Assembly (NCBI RefSeq): GCF_006345805.1
Contig: NC_043003.1
Span: 113,274,001 to 113,338,000 of the forward strand
DNA length: 64,000 bases
Reading direction: 5' to 3'
DNA from: Octopus sinensis
Lineage: Eukaryota
Both the position numbers and the translations under genes were made by a program. Positions 1 to 12,329 of this stretch are shown here, one piece after another (the stretch's first letter is position 1; each line of letters starts with the position of its first letter). Below the pieces are notes generated by a model. That model ran no database searches and had not been told where the DNA came from. It saw nothing but the letters and a program-made list of their open reading frames with translations.

Positions 1-289
1 GTATGTGTATGTATGAATACACACATACACACACACACATGTGTATATATGAAACAAGTGGGTCAGATCCCTTCCGCTAGTCTATCCTGTCGTATATGTT
101 TCATAATATTGTTATTTTTGCTAAATATGAGGGGTTTTCCGCCCTCTTCCGGTTCTCCTGTAAAGTTATTTTTTGCGTTTGATTTTTGCTTGCAACTATT
201 CAACGTATCATTTATTGTGACTCCAGTTACCCCTCGCCCCACTGCTTGTACCAAAGTTAGATTCTCTATGTGAGGTTATATTTCTTCGG

Positions 290-1425
290 TCCCTGAGTCG
301 ACCTGTGAAGTATGGAATTTATGAAGTAGTTGGCAAGAACTGGTCATGTATTGATGCAGCTATTAAGATGGCTATTCGACGATGTGACTCATGTGGCGAA
401 CATCAAAACAAGCCATCCAAGCCTGTGGTTCACCCATGCATGCTATCAGAGAAACGATGGAGCCGCTTACACATGGCTCTTGCCATCAACTTCATGGGTA
501 CAAACTGGCTAGTGATCACAGACACTTCCTCACGATATCCATCAATTCATTCAACGTCATCATGTCCACTAGATCTGCTGGATGAGGTTATCACTAATTT
601 CCGATATCTTCACACGCTGGTCACAGATAATGCATCAACTTTCTTTTCTGAAGAAGTTCAGAGCTGGGGCAAAGAACATGGGACCACACACCTAACAGGT
701 GCACCATACTATCCAACTTTTAACGGATCAGCAGAACGTTTAGTGCAATTATTCAAGCAAGCTCTGAGAAAATCTTCTCTGCCCCTAAAACAAGCTCTTC
801 AGGAGTTTTTAATGCAGTACCAGAGAACGCTGACATCCTGTGGACTCTCTCCAGGCGAACTCTTGATGTCCCGGCAGATTCGGACTAGGAGTGGCTCTCT
901 TCTGCCCCCTCCAGAACACACAGCTCAGGACAAACAAATCCAAGGTGTCATCAAAGGCGGAGATGACAAGTGACTCAGGAGGTGTCGCCAAAGTAACCAA
1001 ACAGTACAAGAATGATTATCCTGTATATGCACTGTACTATGGACATCGCCGTAACAAGTAACCCCAGTGGGTAGCAGCAGTCGTCACGAAGTTATTGAGT
1101 ACTTGCTTCTTCAATGTCAAGGTCTTTCCTCATGGCCCAGTATGGAGGCGACACTGGGAACAGCTACGTCAGCGCTACGCTTCTGTGGATGACTGTGAAG
1201 CTGGAAATGAGATGAAAAATATTTCTGAGCATCCAGTTGATCATCCAGTGCAGACCCTAGAAGTGCCTCAAACTCAGAGACAGACTAGAGCACTTCTGCC
1301 CAAGACCAAACTGCCTTTACCAGTGTATGGACCGGACAACCGTAGACGATCCAAGAAAACACCCGAGCATAGAGAGAGACTTTATTATTGATGCTTTCAG
1401 TGTAGCGTCAGTTCCGGTGGGAAGG
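290..1425 (+). mobile_element. Degenerate Ty3/Gypsy LTR retrotransposon 3' pol remnant (integrase zinc-binding + rve core), followed by a probable polypurine tract and 3' LTR start
   Basis: ORF 305-973: CDSCGEHQNKPSK...WSRLH...LVTDNASTFFSEE...APYYPTFNGSAERLVQLFKQAL...SPGELLMSRQIRTR. Purine tract GGTGGGAAGG (1416-1425) directly precedes TGTTG at 1426. LTR end not resolved. Confidence 0.88.
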
Positions 1426-1759
1426 TGTTGTGGAGGTAGCTAGCATCTAAATCTGTCCAATGAAAATTGCTGGCATGCAATCTGTCCAATAGAATCAAAT
1501 GGAAAGTAGCAGAATTCTTTTGAATGTTCTAATGGCTTATCACTTTATAAGCAGAGCTGGTAGAGGGATGTTTCTCCTTTTTGCCTTTTTCTTTTCTCAT
1601 TATACACTGTTTGAGAGAGATAATAAGCCTCACTATTTCTACGTGCATAAACTTAGGTATGTGTGAATGATTTAAAACGCCACTTCCAAACCATTTGATA
1701 TATATAAATCCATGCATGTATGTATAATATATTTTGTTTTATGTATTTTCATGCATATA

Positions 1760-2842
1760 GTTGCATATCTAGACATTCTCATATCTACTTAAAAGATAAA
1801 CTGCTGGAAAGGTTTACAGTTCCAGTGATGATTTGAATCTATAGTCTTTGAATCAGCTTTCTCCCTTCTGATTTTGAGAAGGCTAATTTCTCAAGATTGG
1901 TATTTAGGCAGTGTGTTACATAACTCAGTGCCCCAATAATTACAGGTATAAACTTGAACTTGTAATCTGGATAGAGTAACTACAGATTTCTCAATAGTGC
2001 ACTGATCTTCAGTTTTATGTTAAGATCCGCTGAGCAGCTGATTTCCACAACTGTACACAGTTTTTCTTCTCTATCCCGAATCATTATATCAAGTCTATTG
2101 CGTTAACATTTTATTGAGGTTTTCACTGGGTCATTCCACTAGCACACCCTTTTATCATGAGTGGCTATGATTTCAACCATATTGTGGGTTCTTATTATCA
2201 TTTTTTTGTTTGTCCTCAGGGTTATCCTTCCGACGGATATCATAATACATTGTCCTAGCTACAACAATATGTTTCAACGGTTGATAACACCGTGATGACA
2301 TTTTGATGTCACTGCTTATGATGTGGGTGATATCTTCGGTGTTAACTCCACTGAGCCTGCAAGGGCTGTCACATTTTACTGTTTTTCTTGCATCTCTGTC
2401 CCTTTTGTGCATCAGATATTTGATTGATATTTCCTGTTCCTGGATTGCAAAGGCACACCCTTCAAAGTGGGAGGTTATAATCCGACTATTGGTCCATAAT
2501 AGACTGCTTTGATGAAGAATGTTACTCTCATCTTGGCGGTTTCTATTATCACAACCATATAAGGTCTTCTGCTTATATTCATTCATCCTTTGATCAGATG
2601 ATACGTTGCAGTAGAGTCTTGCGATTCCTTTGAGCATGTATTTAAGGTTACCCAGGCAAGGAATGCTGCTCAAGGAGCTGCCTTCCAAGTCTTACGATGT
2701 TATCAGCCTCATGTATGCAAACTTAGTCGAGGGATGCACTTCGACATTTGGTGGTTAAAAGATGTTGCCGAAGGGATATGATACGACATTCAAAGGTAGC
2801 CTGGATTAATGCTAAACCTCTGCCGCCTTGTTTGTGTGTGTA
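1760..2842 (-). mobile_element. 5'-truncated RLE-type (R4-like) non-LTR retrotransposon, C-terminal part, decayed
   Basis: Minus-strand frames give KQGGRGL (RT thumb), FEGCAFAIQEQEISIKYL, CRLSGVNTEDITHIISS (CCHC-knuckle relic) and RNRLDIMIRDREEKLCTVVEISCSAD (PD-(D/E)xK nuclease relic); several stops. Confidence 0.8.
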
Positions 2843-2946
2843 TGTACTACGTATGTATGTATGCATGCATGTATGTATGTATGTATGTATGTATGTATGT
2901 ATGTATGTATGTATGTATGTATGTATGTATGTATGTATGTATGTAT
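2843..2946. repeat. (TATG)n microsatellite
   Basis: Direct reading. Confidence 0.95.
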
Positions 2947-3034
2947 GGGTTCGTGTGTATGCAGCTATGAATTTGTTTCTGTGACTTGTCCTCATATTTT
3001 AGTGATCATCAAAATCCTGGTCAATCGAAATAAA

Positions 3035-3290
3035 GATCATCATTATTATCATCATTATTCGACCGTGGTCGAGAGAATGGAATTTACCATGCTACGCCAG
3101 ACTTAACGGTCCATCATAGCATTACGGAGGTCCTGTTGCTGGATGCCTGTTTCCCTGGAGATTACATCAGGGTAGAAGAGTGTGCGCCCTCTGGTATCGT
3201 GAGTAGATGGCTTCCAGAGGAGAAGAGTAGAAATTGCCTAGTTTTCAGCTCTACAACAATGTCCAGCAAACTGGACTCTCCTACCTTTCA
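3035..3290 (-). mobile_element. RTE-type LINE 3' end
   Basis: Minus strand: GRRVQFAGHCCRAEN*AISTLLLWKP...YPDVISRETGIQQQDLRNAMMDR*VWRSMVNSILSTTVE*, followed by a TAA/TGA tail. Confidence 0.75.
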
Positions 3291-3469
3291 CAAGAGATGA
3301 CACAAATATCAAGCCTTAAAAAGAAGTAAAAATGAGGCAAAGAGTTTTTCATTCATCTTACAAGATCAATACACAATGGTAGTAGTCAAGTACTGGGCTC
3401 AGTTTAAACTGACTCTGCTTCCCCGGACAATATGCAGCCTGGATGGACATAATTACTACAATTATTAGT

Positions 3470-3490
3470 ATGATGATGATGATGATGATG

Positions 3491-3539
<49 letters not shown>

Positions 3540-3595
3540 TATTATTATTTTTTTTTTTTTATTATTATTATTATTATCCTCATCATCATCATCAT
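3470..3595. repeat. (GAT)n/(TAT)n compound microsatellite
   Basis: Direct reading. Confidence 0.9.
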
Positions 3596-4315
3596 TTCTA
3601 AATATGCCGGCTGACGTGTTCATAAACTGAAGAAGCTTTCAAAATACTCGGTATGTGTCCGTCTGTCAATATTTCATTTCATTCCATAGACTTCCACATA
3701 TTTTTGTATATTATATATTTATAACGGGTTTGTTTATTTGTTTAGAAATATGTATTCATTTATGTATTTAAAAATATGTATTCATTTATTTACCAATTCC
3801 TTCTTCTTCGTCGTGTTTAGAATAATAATAATGGCGTCGTCCATCAATAGTTGCTAGAAAAATATCCCGACGCAATATGATTACAAGACATCAATTTACA
3901 TCACTAAATACAATTTTGACATTTCAAAATTACCATTCTCTATGAAATACAATATTGTTATTTCTTTTATTTTCCATACTGTTAGATAACCAAAACCACA
4001 ACAAACTTTGTACGATGATGGCGGGTTCTTTGCTTATTGTTTTAGTTTTTAGTTTTTGGTTTTTGCCAGCTAGGTTTAATTTTGCTGGTTTTTTTTTGTT
4101 TTTTTTTTTTTGCTTTATTTGTTTCAGTTCCATGTTTTAACTAAAATAAAAACATTTCAGTGAAACGAGGTTGTTAGAAAGTCCGTCGGGTGGACAGAGG
4201 AGTGATATTAATTGCTGCTCTCTTTGCTCTGAGTTCACATTTCTCCGAGGTGAACTGCGACTTTCATCCTTTCTGGTTTGGTCAATAAACAAAGTACGTG
4301 CTCAGCGCTAGTGCC

Positions 4316-4319
<4 letters not shown>

Positions 4320-4383
<64 letters not shown>
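4320..4383. repeat. (CT)n microsatellite
   Basis: Direct reading. Confidence 0.95.
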
Positions 4384-4386
<3 letters not shown>

Positions 4387-4690
4387 CAATCAATCAAACC
4401 ATCACATCTTGGGTGTTCCATTTGTCTGAAATAAGTGGGGATCGGTAGTGTGTTTATGCCTGTGTCTGCTCGCGACTACACGGAACATAAACAATTAACG
4501 AAAGCATGGTACACGCTACCGAGTCATCTGCGATGGAGAATGATGACTGTGCGGAGTGGTGACATAAACATTCACTCTTATGTGTGTTTATGTATAGCTT
4601 CATATAATGTGTGTGTATGTGTGTGTGTAATGTAATACACATGTCTATAAATCCGTGTTCCGTGTACTGTATGAAGGCATAAAGAAGACC

Positions 4691-4921
4691 TATTTCTTTA
4701 CTACCCACAAGGGGCTAAACACAGAGGGGACAAACAAGGACAGACAAACGGATTAAGTCAAATACATCGACCCCAGTGTGTAACTGATACTTAATTTATC
4801 GACCCCGAAAGGATGAAAGGCAAAGTCAACCTCGGCGGAATTTGAACTCAGAACGTAACGGCAGATGAAATACAGCTACGCATTTCGCCCGGCGTGCTAA
4901 CGTTTCTACCAGCTCGTCGCC
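4691..4921 (-). mobile_element. tRNA-derived SINE, family A
   Basis: Reverse complement of the GGCGGCGAGCTGGCAGAA...GTTCTGAGTTCAAATTCCGCCGAGGTCGACTTTGCCTTTCATCCTTTCGGGGTCGATAAA...GTAGTAAAGAAATA unit that recurs about 10 times in the window; B-box-like GTTCAAATTCC. Confidence 0.85.
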
Positions 4922-4929
4922 TTTCATAA

Positions 4930-6620
4930 AGGCATAAAGAACACCGTCAGCCTAGTCATAAGCAAGATGGTATCACTGAAAGCCATAAAACGCGAGACCA
5001 TCAAAGACAAGGGCAAGCGGATGGAAAGGTAGGTGGAGTATTACTCTGAACTCCATGGCAAACCACATTGTGGACAGTTTTCTGGAACGTCTTGGAACAT
5101 CAAGCAGTGATGGAGGAACTAGATGTATTGCTCAAGTCTGAAGAGTAGAATGAATCTAGTGACTATTTATTTTCCACTTGCAAAGCATCAGATTTGGGTG
5201 ACATTCCATAAGAGTCCATGAAGTGTGTAAAGAACAGATTAATGTAGCAGTGATCGGAAGGAGCAGAGCCGTAGAACATGAGACTTGACTTGACTTGACA
5301 GCATTCACCCGGGGTGGGTTGAGCTGGCTTCATTCATCCTCAATGCTGCATCTCTCACAAACGCCGACCAGGCCTGGCGATCTGAGGCTAACGACCGCGT
5401 GATCTCCAACCACTCCTTACTCCAGCGGCGAACGCCGTAGATATGGGGGCCTAGGTTGGGTTCCAGATCAGCCTTGACTGTCATCAGCCAGGTTTTTCGT
5501 TGTCCGTAGAACATGAGGGACTACAATATTGTCCTTAGTACATAAACAAAAGTAACTGCAACAGTAACAGGGGAAATATTGCAGAGTATCACCTGGAAGG
5601 CCTTTGCCCATCGTGATCTTAAATAGGTTGCAGAAAATCGCTGTAAATACATACAACGTCTCTCATTGCGGTTTGAGACGAGAATGTTCTACAAATAACG
5701 AAATCTCCTTTCGACAATAACAAGAAAAAAAGCAGAGAGCCAAGACAACAATTCTGCATCACTTTCGTTGATCTCACAAATGCTTCGAGCTTGTGAATAA
5801 AGCCTTGGACACCCCTCTGCCATTACCATCAACAAACGTGAGCTGGAGATACTACATTCATATACATATACATCGACTCCACCATCACAGACAAACCGTT
5901 GCTAATATCTGAGATCAAAATGCATACTAGTTGATAAACCTGAGCACAGGAATGACTGACAGTGAATGTCAAGGAAAACAGAAAGCTAACACTGTTCACC
6001 AAGATTGCTGTCTACAGAATTCCTGTAGACCCAGCACACTGCTTTATACAGTGAGAGCTGGATCATCTATCCCTGACGCTACAAGATGTCCCAACGCCTT
6101 CCACCTAGGCTGTCTTCGATGGATTCTGTACCTTAAGTGAATTGACCAAATCAACAACAATTATGTTGTCTCTCGCACCCGGATACCCAGACATCTCATC
6201 TACATCAACACCGTTGACCGAGACAAGTCCACCGAAAAACCTAGTATACGGGGAACTGGCTACCAACAAAGGTATCTGTGATTAATACCATCTTTGTTTC
6301 AAAGATATCCGCAAAAGAGACAGGAAAACTCTTTACATGAGCTTTAAAATGTGAAGGATCATTGCTGGAGATCGCTAATACCAGAAACTTGAACTTTATA
6401 TAAACGTTTTAAAAATATAAAAGAGAGAAGAGGCTGCGGTTTGGTATGGAAGAAAATCAAAATCGATAGAAAAGAAAACTCCAAGAATAAAGCAACTGAC
6501 AGTCTCTTTAAATGTATTTACCACTTTCATATAGTTCTGTTTAGTCGCAGAAGACGCTGCTTTGTCAACAAGACTGAAACAAAGCGTTCCAGATGCAGAT
6601 CCATTGTCTTGCGAGTCTAA
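4930..6620 (+). mobile_element. Degenerate RTE (BovB-like) LINE fragments
   Basis: ETIKDKGKRMERxVEYYSEL, ILNRLQKIAV, ITFVDLTNA and a 3' FSRRRRC...RCRSIVLR-like end; many frameshifts and stops. Confidence 0.65.
5283..5503 (-). mobile_element. 5'-truncated RTE-type LINE 3' end with (CAAGT)3 tail and 14-bp TSD
   Basis: CCGTAGAACATGAG at 5269-5282 and 5504-5517; ORF ...WSKEWLEITRSLASDRQAWSAFVRDA... Confidence 0.85.
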
Positions 6621-6873
6621 AAGTCCATCTAGAAGATGCAGGAAGTAAATGGGGATGGGAAATCACAAAGTATCAAAAGGGAAGAAACCTATATTTCTTT
6701 GTACTTCAGAATAGATTTTTTAATCCTACATTGCTACCAGTAAGATTACAGCCACGTATAAAGTCACAAAGCCTCGATTGTAACGTTGCTTGTGTCCAAA
6801 ATAGCTGATTGTCAAATAAAACAGCTCACCATTATTTGAACAAGTACGACAAGATGGAGGCAACATGTAACCG

Positions 6874-7287
6874 GGATCTTTTCGGTTTGAACGGCAGTTT
6901 TTAACATAATTTCTAGGTAATTAAAAATTTTTAACTTCGTATACTGGTAGAAAGTGTCTATAAAACATCTTTTTCTCTTGGCTTTATTGAGAAAATTCTA
7001 TTGTTTGTAAGATATTTGTTGTTTTTTTCTTCAACTTCTGCAATTTCAACCAATCAATGACGCCTATTGAGTTGAATACATTCTGTGCTGTATGAATATG
7101 TCCCTCGTTTAAGAAACAGATTGGGTTTATTTACATTTGTGAAGAAAAAAATATACCCTTCCCCCCACCCCTAACCCTAACCCTAAAACAGATTGAAATG
7201 CAATAGATCGATACTAGGGTCATAACTATGGGTGACAATTTCATGTGACACCGCTAGAAAAAACTGCCGTTCAAACCGAAAAGATCC
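6874..7287 (+). mobile_element. MITE, GGATC family, copy 1 (29-bp TIRs, 8-bp TSD TGTAACCG)
   Basis: TIR GGATCTTTTCGGTTTGAACGGCAGTTTTT at both ends; TSD at 6866-6873 and 7288-7295; internal CCCTAA repeats. Confidence 0.92.
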
Positions 7288-7299
7288 TGTAACCGTATT

Positions 7300-7675
7300 C
7301 AATGCAGGATGGAGGCTGGTGGTGACAGTCGTATAGGCGTTGGTGACGCCGGTGGTGCTGGTGGCGTTGTTGGCGTTGGTGATAGTGATGAAATTGAAGG
7401 AGTGTGAGACAGTAGCAGTAGGAGTTATTGTAGTATCAGCTGCTGGTATCTTCGTGGAGGATTGAAGGTAGGGATGGTGGTACGGCCAGTATTGATGGTG
7501 CTACGAGTGCAGTCAGTGGTAACGGTAGTGCTGGTGCTTGTAGCGGTGGTAGTCGTACGGGTGGCAATGTGGTTGTACTGAGGTTGGTGATAGAGTTGGC
7601 AGTTTGGGTGATTGTATGAGGAACGACGGTGCTACTGAAGGTATTGGTAGTGGTTGTGGTGGTGGTGGTGGTAAT
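7300..7675. repeat. Degenerate (GGT)n low-complexity tract
   Basis: GGT/AGT-rich; the Thr-rich minus-strand reading changes frame at least twice. Confidence 0.7.
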
Positions 7676-7843
7676 ACGTTCTGAGTTCAAATCCCGCCGA
7701 GGTCGACTATGCCTTTCATCCTTTTGGGGTCGATTAAATAAGTACCAGTTACGCACTGGGGTCGATATAATCGACTTAATCCGTTTGTCTTTCCTTGTTT
7801 GTCCCCTCTATGTTTAGCCCCTTGTGAGCAAATAAAGAAATAG
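7675..7843 (+). mobile_element. SINE family A, 5'-truncated
   Basis: Matches the family A body and tail. Confidence 0.8.
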
Positions 7844-9499
7844 GTTATAAGAGTTGTTGCGGTATTTGGGGTGAGACATGAAAGGTTGTAGTGGCTAGGG
7901 TGGTGGAATAGTTGGAGATGGTGGTGGGGGTTGGAGGTGATGGAGGGGGAGAATTAGGTTCTGTCGATGAAATGGTGTCAGATTTTTGGTAAGAAATATT
8001 TACCGCATTTTGAGATATATTTGTTTTTATTTTAAATGTTTCATTTTTTTTTAAGAACTGCCATCCATTTTCCCGTCGTTTCTTGTTACGCACATAAATA
8101 TTGCCGACTAACACACAAACTAACAGAGAAACATACTTACACGGAGACACTCACATACATCCACCCCCTCTCGCACACGCACGAACAGATAATCAATCCT
8201 AAACAGTCCTACACAAGAACGAAAAAATAACGGTTCTAAATGTAGAAACAACCATCCGAATACACACATTTAGAGATGTCGTATCACACACAAACACGTG
8301 TCTGTATGTGTGTGTGTGTGTGTGTGGTGTGTGTGTGTGTTTGTGTGTGACTACGTTGTTAAAATTATTTTAAGACATGACGCATTTCGTTTCTTCCAGT
8401 TGTTGATGGAGGGGACGGTGGGGTGAGAGTAGTGACACCAGCAGTAAAACATGAGTAATTAGATGACTGACCCAGCGCAGTAGGAAGACATATGAAGGGT
8501 TAGGGAATGAAGTGGTGGTAGGGGTGGTTGTTGGTATGTCGTCTCAGAGAGAGTGAGAGAGAGCGAGAGGGGGTAAGTAAGTGTGAGAGAGAGAGCGAAA
8601 GCGAGAGTGTCACAATGATAGGAATGATGCTAGTGATGTGAAGGGAGATACTTTAAACATGACCTACACACATTTGCGTATATATCTAAAGTTATTTTTG
8701 TAGTCTGTAACCCTAACATACATTTACCTACAAGAGGCTTTTAGCTGTATCTTCCGACTTAATTCAATAATTCATTCCGTAACTCAATACTCAATTCTTC
8801 ATAATATAACGTTTCTTTTTCCTTCTTTTCCTCATCATTCTCCCCTCCTTCCCCACCATATAATACAACTCTACATTCTCAACCAGTGTCTTTATAAAAG
8901 CACCCATTTCCGTCTAATTCTCATCCGTCTGCTATGGACAGTGTTAACGCAACAAGTGGTATTATGGTGCTTCTTGAGAACAATCAGCTAAACTTCAAAG
9001 TGCTTCTAGAAATTACTGCTAAGCAATTGTATGTAACGCACCATTCCTATAAATCCTAACTATTCTTCCTCCTTACCAGTTTACCTTCCATATCTAATAA
9101 ACAAACATAGGCTTGGATCTTTATTTTCTTAAGTACATATATGTGAATACCACCCACCTTTTTTTTTTTATTAGAAAACATCTTTTATGTAATCGTAGCA
9201 TACTTTTAGTTTAAATCAGATCGCAAACAACACATTATTTGATTAGAATTTGGCGTTTACTAATCTTTTGTCATTACAAATCATATTTTAACTTGTTTTG
9301 AAACTTCCTACTTTTGATATTACACAAAACCTCATTTTTCATAGGTTTTTCGACAAACTTCAGTCGATCAGTAGAAATCCGAGAGAAACAATAAAAATCT
9401 CCATAATTTAACACACTAAGCTATTATTAATTTAATTGCTTTATGTTATGAAATTATACTCCCACTCATATGATACAATAATTAAATACTGCTTTCAAA

Positions 9500-9686
9500 T
9501 TTTGGCACAAGGCCTGAAATTTCGGATGGGGTGAGTTTTAAGTACCAGTGGTACTTATTCTATCGATTCCGAAAGAACGAAAGGCAAAGTCGACCCCGTT
9601 CGAATTTGAACTCAGAACGTAAAGATGCACGAAACGCCGTTATGCATTTGGCACGGAGTGCTAAAGATTCTGCCGGTTCGCCGCCT
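9500..9686 (-). mobile_element. SINE family A, variant with alternative 3' tail (...GGCCTTGTGCC)
   Basis: Family A head and central domain; tail shared with 15305-15520. Confidence 0.7.
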
Positions 9687-9842
9687 CTCTCTTCTATGAA
9701 ATATAACAAAAGATTTCATTAATTTTAACATTCACAGCAATTTACTCAATTTCAACCAATAAAAAACTTGAAATCCCCGACAGAATTAAGTTACGTCCCT
9801 AACTGATGCTTTATTATCATCGTTTATATTTGGAAATATTTT

Positions 9843-10269
9843 GGATCTTTTCGGTTTGAACGGCAGTTTCTAACATAATTTCTAGGTAACTAAAAAATTT
9901 TAAACTTCGTAGACTGGTAGAATATGTTTATAACACATCATTTTCTCTTGGCTTTATTGAGAAAATTCTATAGTTTGTAGGATATTTGTTTTTTCTTCAA
10001 TTTCTGCAATTTCAACCAATCACTGACGTCTATTGAGGTAAACAACATTCTGTGCCGTATGAGAAACAGATTGGGTTTATTTACATTTGTAAAGAAAAGA
10101 AAATACCCTTCTCCCCACCCCTAACCCTAACACTAACCCTAACTAACCCTAATTCACCCAACCCTTAAACAGACTGAAATGCAATAGGTCGATACTACGG
10201 TCATAATTATGGGTGACAATTTCATATGACACCGCTAGAAAAAAACTGCCGTTCAAACCGAAAAGATCC
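9843..10269 (+). mobile_element. MITE, GGATC family, copy 2 (no recognisable TSD)
   Basis: Both TIRs present; flanks AATATTTT and GTAATTTG do not match. Confidence 0.9.
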
Positions 10270-10689
10270 GTAATTTGTTTTTTGTTCTCCAATGCACACA
10301 GGCGAATATTAATTATCACGTCTAACCTAGCTCGGTTGTGTTATTTATAATGCTTAGAACTACGATGAACATCTCCAGAAATCATCCCGTGTAGACGAAA
10401 AATGAGACAGGGTGACAATATTTCCTCAGCAGCGGCGAATAACACTCTTGTATCACGTGATTTTACTGTATTTCGGTTCATCAGCAACCGATGGGTTTTG
10501 TATTACTTTTAACATTTCTCGTCTATATAAAATGATTTCACGGGACGTTCATCGCAGTCTTATGCATCATAAAAAATACATCCAAGTAAGGCTAGAGGTG
10601 CTAATTAATATACATAAACACACACACACACACACACACGCACACACACACACACACAACACACACACACACACATACAAATATATATA

Positions 10690-11045
10690 TAGAGAGAGAG
10701 AGAGTGAGAATTTACCAAAAAAAACAACAAAAGACGTTTCGAGTCTACGCTCTTCGATAGAAATGAACACAGAAATAAACAGGGAGAGAAAATAGAAAAA
10801 GGTCTGGTGGCTAGCGATCTATCATGGCGAATGCCGGCCAGGAATCTCGAGCATAACGAGCTGAAATTGCAAAGATGATCTGGAACTCGACTGAGGAGAG
10901 AAAACTCCGATGAACCGTCTTTGTTTTCTTTGTATCGTCTATCTGAATGTTTTGTTGACCCTTTTTTTTTATCCCCTAACTGTCTGGATGTTTTGCGGTC
11001 TTGTCCCATTTTGTATTATATATATATATATTTTTATATATATAT
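10690..11045. mobile_element. Two divergently oriented T-rich retroelement 3' termini ending in TA-rich simple repeats, probably Penelope-like
   Basis: Minus-strand GAAGAGCGTAGACTCGAAACGTC motif (10733-10755) and plus-strand CTGAGGAGAGAAAACTCC motif (10891-10908), each followed by a T-rich tail and TA-rich repeats, like the bona fide Penelope end at 51061. Confidence 0.4.
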
Positions 11046-11047
11046 AT

Positions 11048-11340
11048 ATGGCCCAGTAGTTAGGGCAGCGGACTCGCGGTCGTAGGATCGCGGTTTCGAT
11101 TCCCAGAGCGGGCGTTGTTAGTGTTTATTGAGCGAAAACACCTAAAGCTCCACGAGGCTCCGGCAGGGGGTTGTGGCGATCCCTGCAGTACTCTTTCGCT
11201 ACAACTTTCTCTCACTCTTTCTTATGTTGGCCTACTCGCTTAGCCCGTGGGGTGGCGTCATTTGAAGGCTAAAACAATACGAAGCGCATTGTGACCAGCG
11301 ATGTGTAGCAACATCTGATAGCCTGATCAGTCATGTGATA
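11048..11340 (+). mobile_element. tRNA-derived SINE, family C (tail type 1)
   Basis: GGCCCAGTAGTTAGGGCAGCGGACTCGCGGTCGTAGG...GGTTTCGATTCCCAG head with A and B boxes; head recurs at 16951, 23875 and 47083. Confidence 0.85.
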
Positions 11341-11447
11341 TTTATATATATATATATGTATATATGTATGTATCTATATATAAAGTATGTATGTATTTAT
11401 ATATATATATATATATATATATCTATATATATATATATATATATCTA

Positions 11448-11594
11448 TCTATATATATAAAACTGTAGTTGTGTGAGTGTCTGTCACCTTCGATTTAGAT
11501 TCCTATCCTCCAAACATTTGCGGTGCAGTTTAACCAATTCGGGTATCTTATAGTCGTGATTAATATTGAGCCCGTCTGGGTATTAGCGCGCGTC
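11448..11594 (+). mobile_element. 5' part of a non-autonomous Helitron (same family as 26443-26837), cut by the assembly gap
   Basis: A|TCTATATATATAAAA start; GATTTAGATTCCT...TTTGCGGTGCAGTTTAACCAA...CTGGGTATTAGCGCGCGTC shared with the reverse complement of 26443-26837. Confidence 0.75.
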
Positions 11595-11694
11595 NNNNNN
11601 NNNNNNNNNNNNNNNNNNNNNNNNNNNNNNNNNNNNNNNNNNNNNNNNNNNNNNNNNNNNNNNNNNNNNNNNNNNNNNNNNNNNNNNNNNNNNN
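11595..11694. other. Assembly gap (100 N)
   Basis: Direct reading. Confidence 1.
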
Positions 11695-11871
11695 ATACTT
11701 TGGTAAGTACAACCTCTTCTAGTAAAACGTTTATTTCTAGTAAAACGTCGATTTATTCAATTGTATAATCATTCGCAACCATATTTGTGCGCCTATACAC
11801 ACTCACACACACATACATATACATACAAGCACATATATGTGTGTGTGTGAGTGTGTGTGTGTGTGTGTGTA

Positions 11872-12053
11872 TAGGCGCAGGAGTGGCTGTGTGGTAAGTA
11901 GCTTGCTTACCAACTACATGGTTCCGGCTTCAATCCCACTGCGTAGCACCTTGGGCAAGTTTCTTCTATTATTGCCTCGGACCGACCAAAGCCTTGTGAG
12001 TGGATTTGGTAGACGGAAACTGAAAGAAGCTCGTTGTATATATTTATGTGTGT

Positions 12054-12100
<47 letters not shown>

Positions 12101-12275
12101 ACGTTGGTGTGTTTGTGTCAGTCCTATCAACATCACATGACAACCGATGCTGGTGTGTCTACGTCACCGTAACCTGGCGGTTCGGCAAAGGAGACAGATA
12201 GAATAAGTACTAGGCTTACAAAGAATAAGTCCTGAGATCGATTTGCTCGACTAAAGGTGGTGCTCCAACGTGGCC
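11872..12275 (+). mobile_element. tRNA-derived SINE, family B (CORE-like centre, internal (TG)n)
   Basis: AGGCGCAGGAGTGGCTGTGTGGTAAG...CCTTGGGCAAGT...GATTTGCTCGACTAAAGG unit; seven copies in the window. Confidence 0.85.
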
Positions 12276-12329
12276 GCCGTCGCAGCATTCCATCTGCATG
12301 TTGCCAGGACGGCAACACTGTGCAGTGAA

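Noticed and set aside
7436-7756. Thr/Pro-rich mucin-like ORF
   Set aside because: Starts inside a SINE, and the Thr-rich register shifts frame repeatedly; it is a decayed (ACC)n tract.
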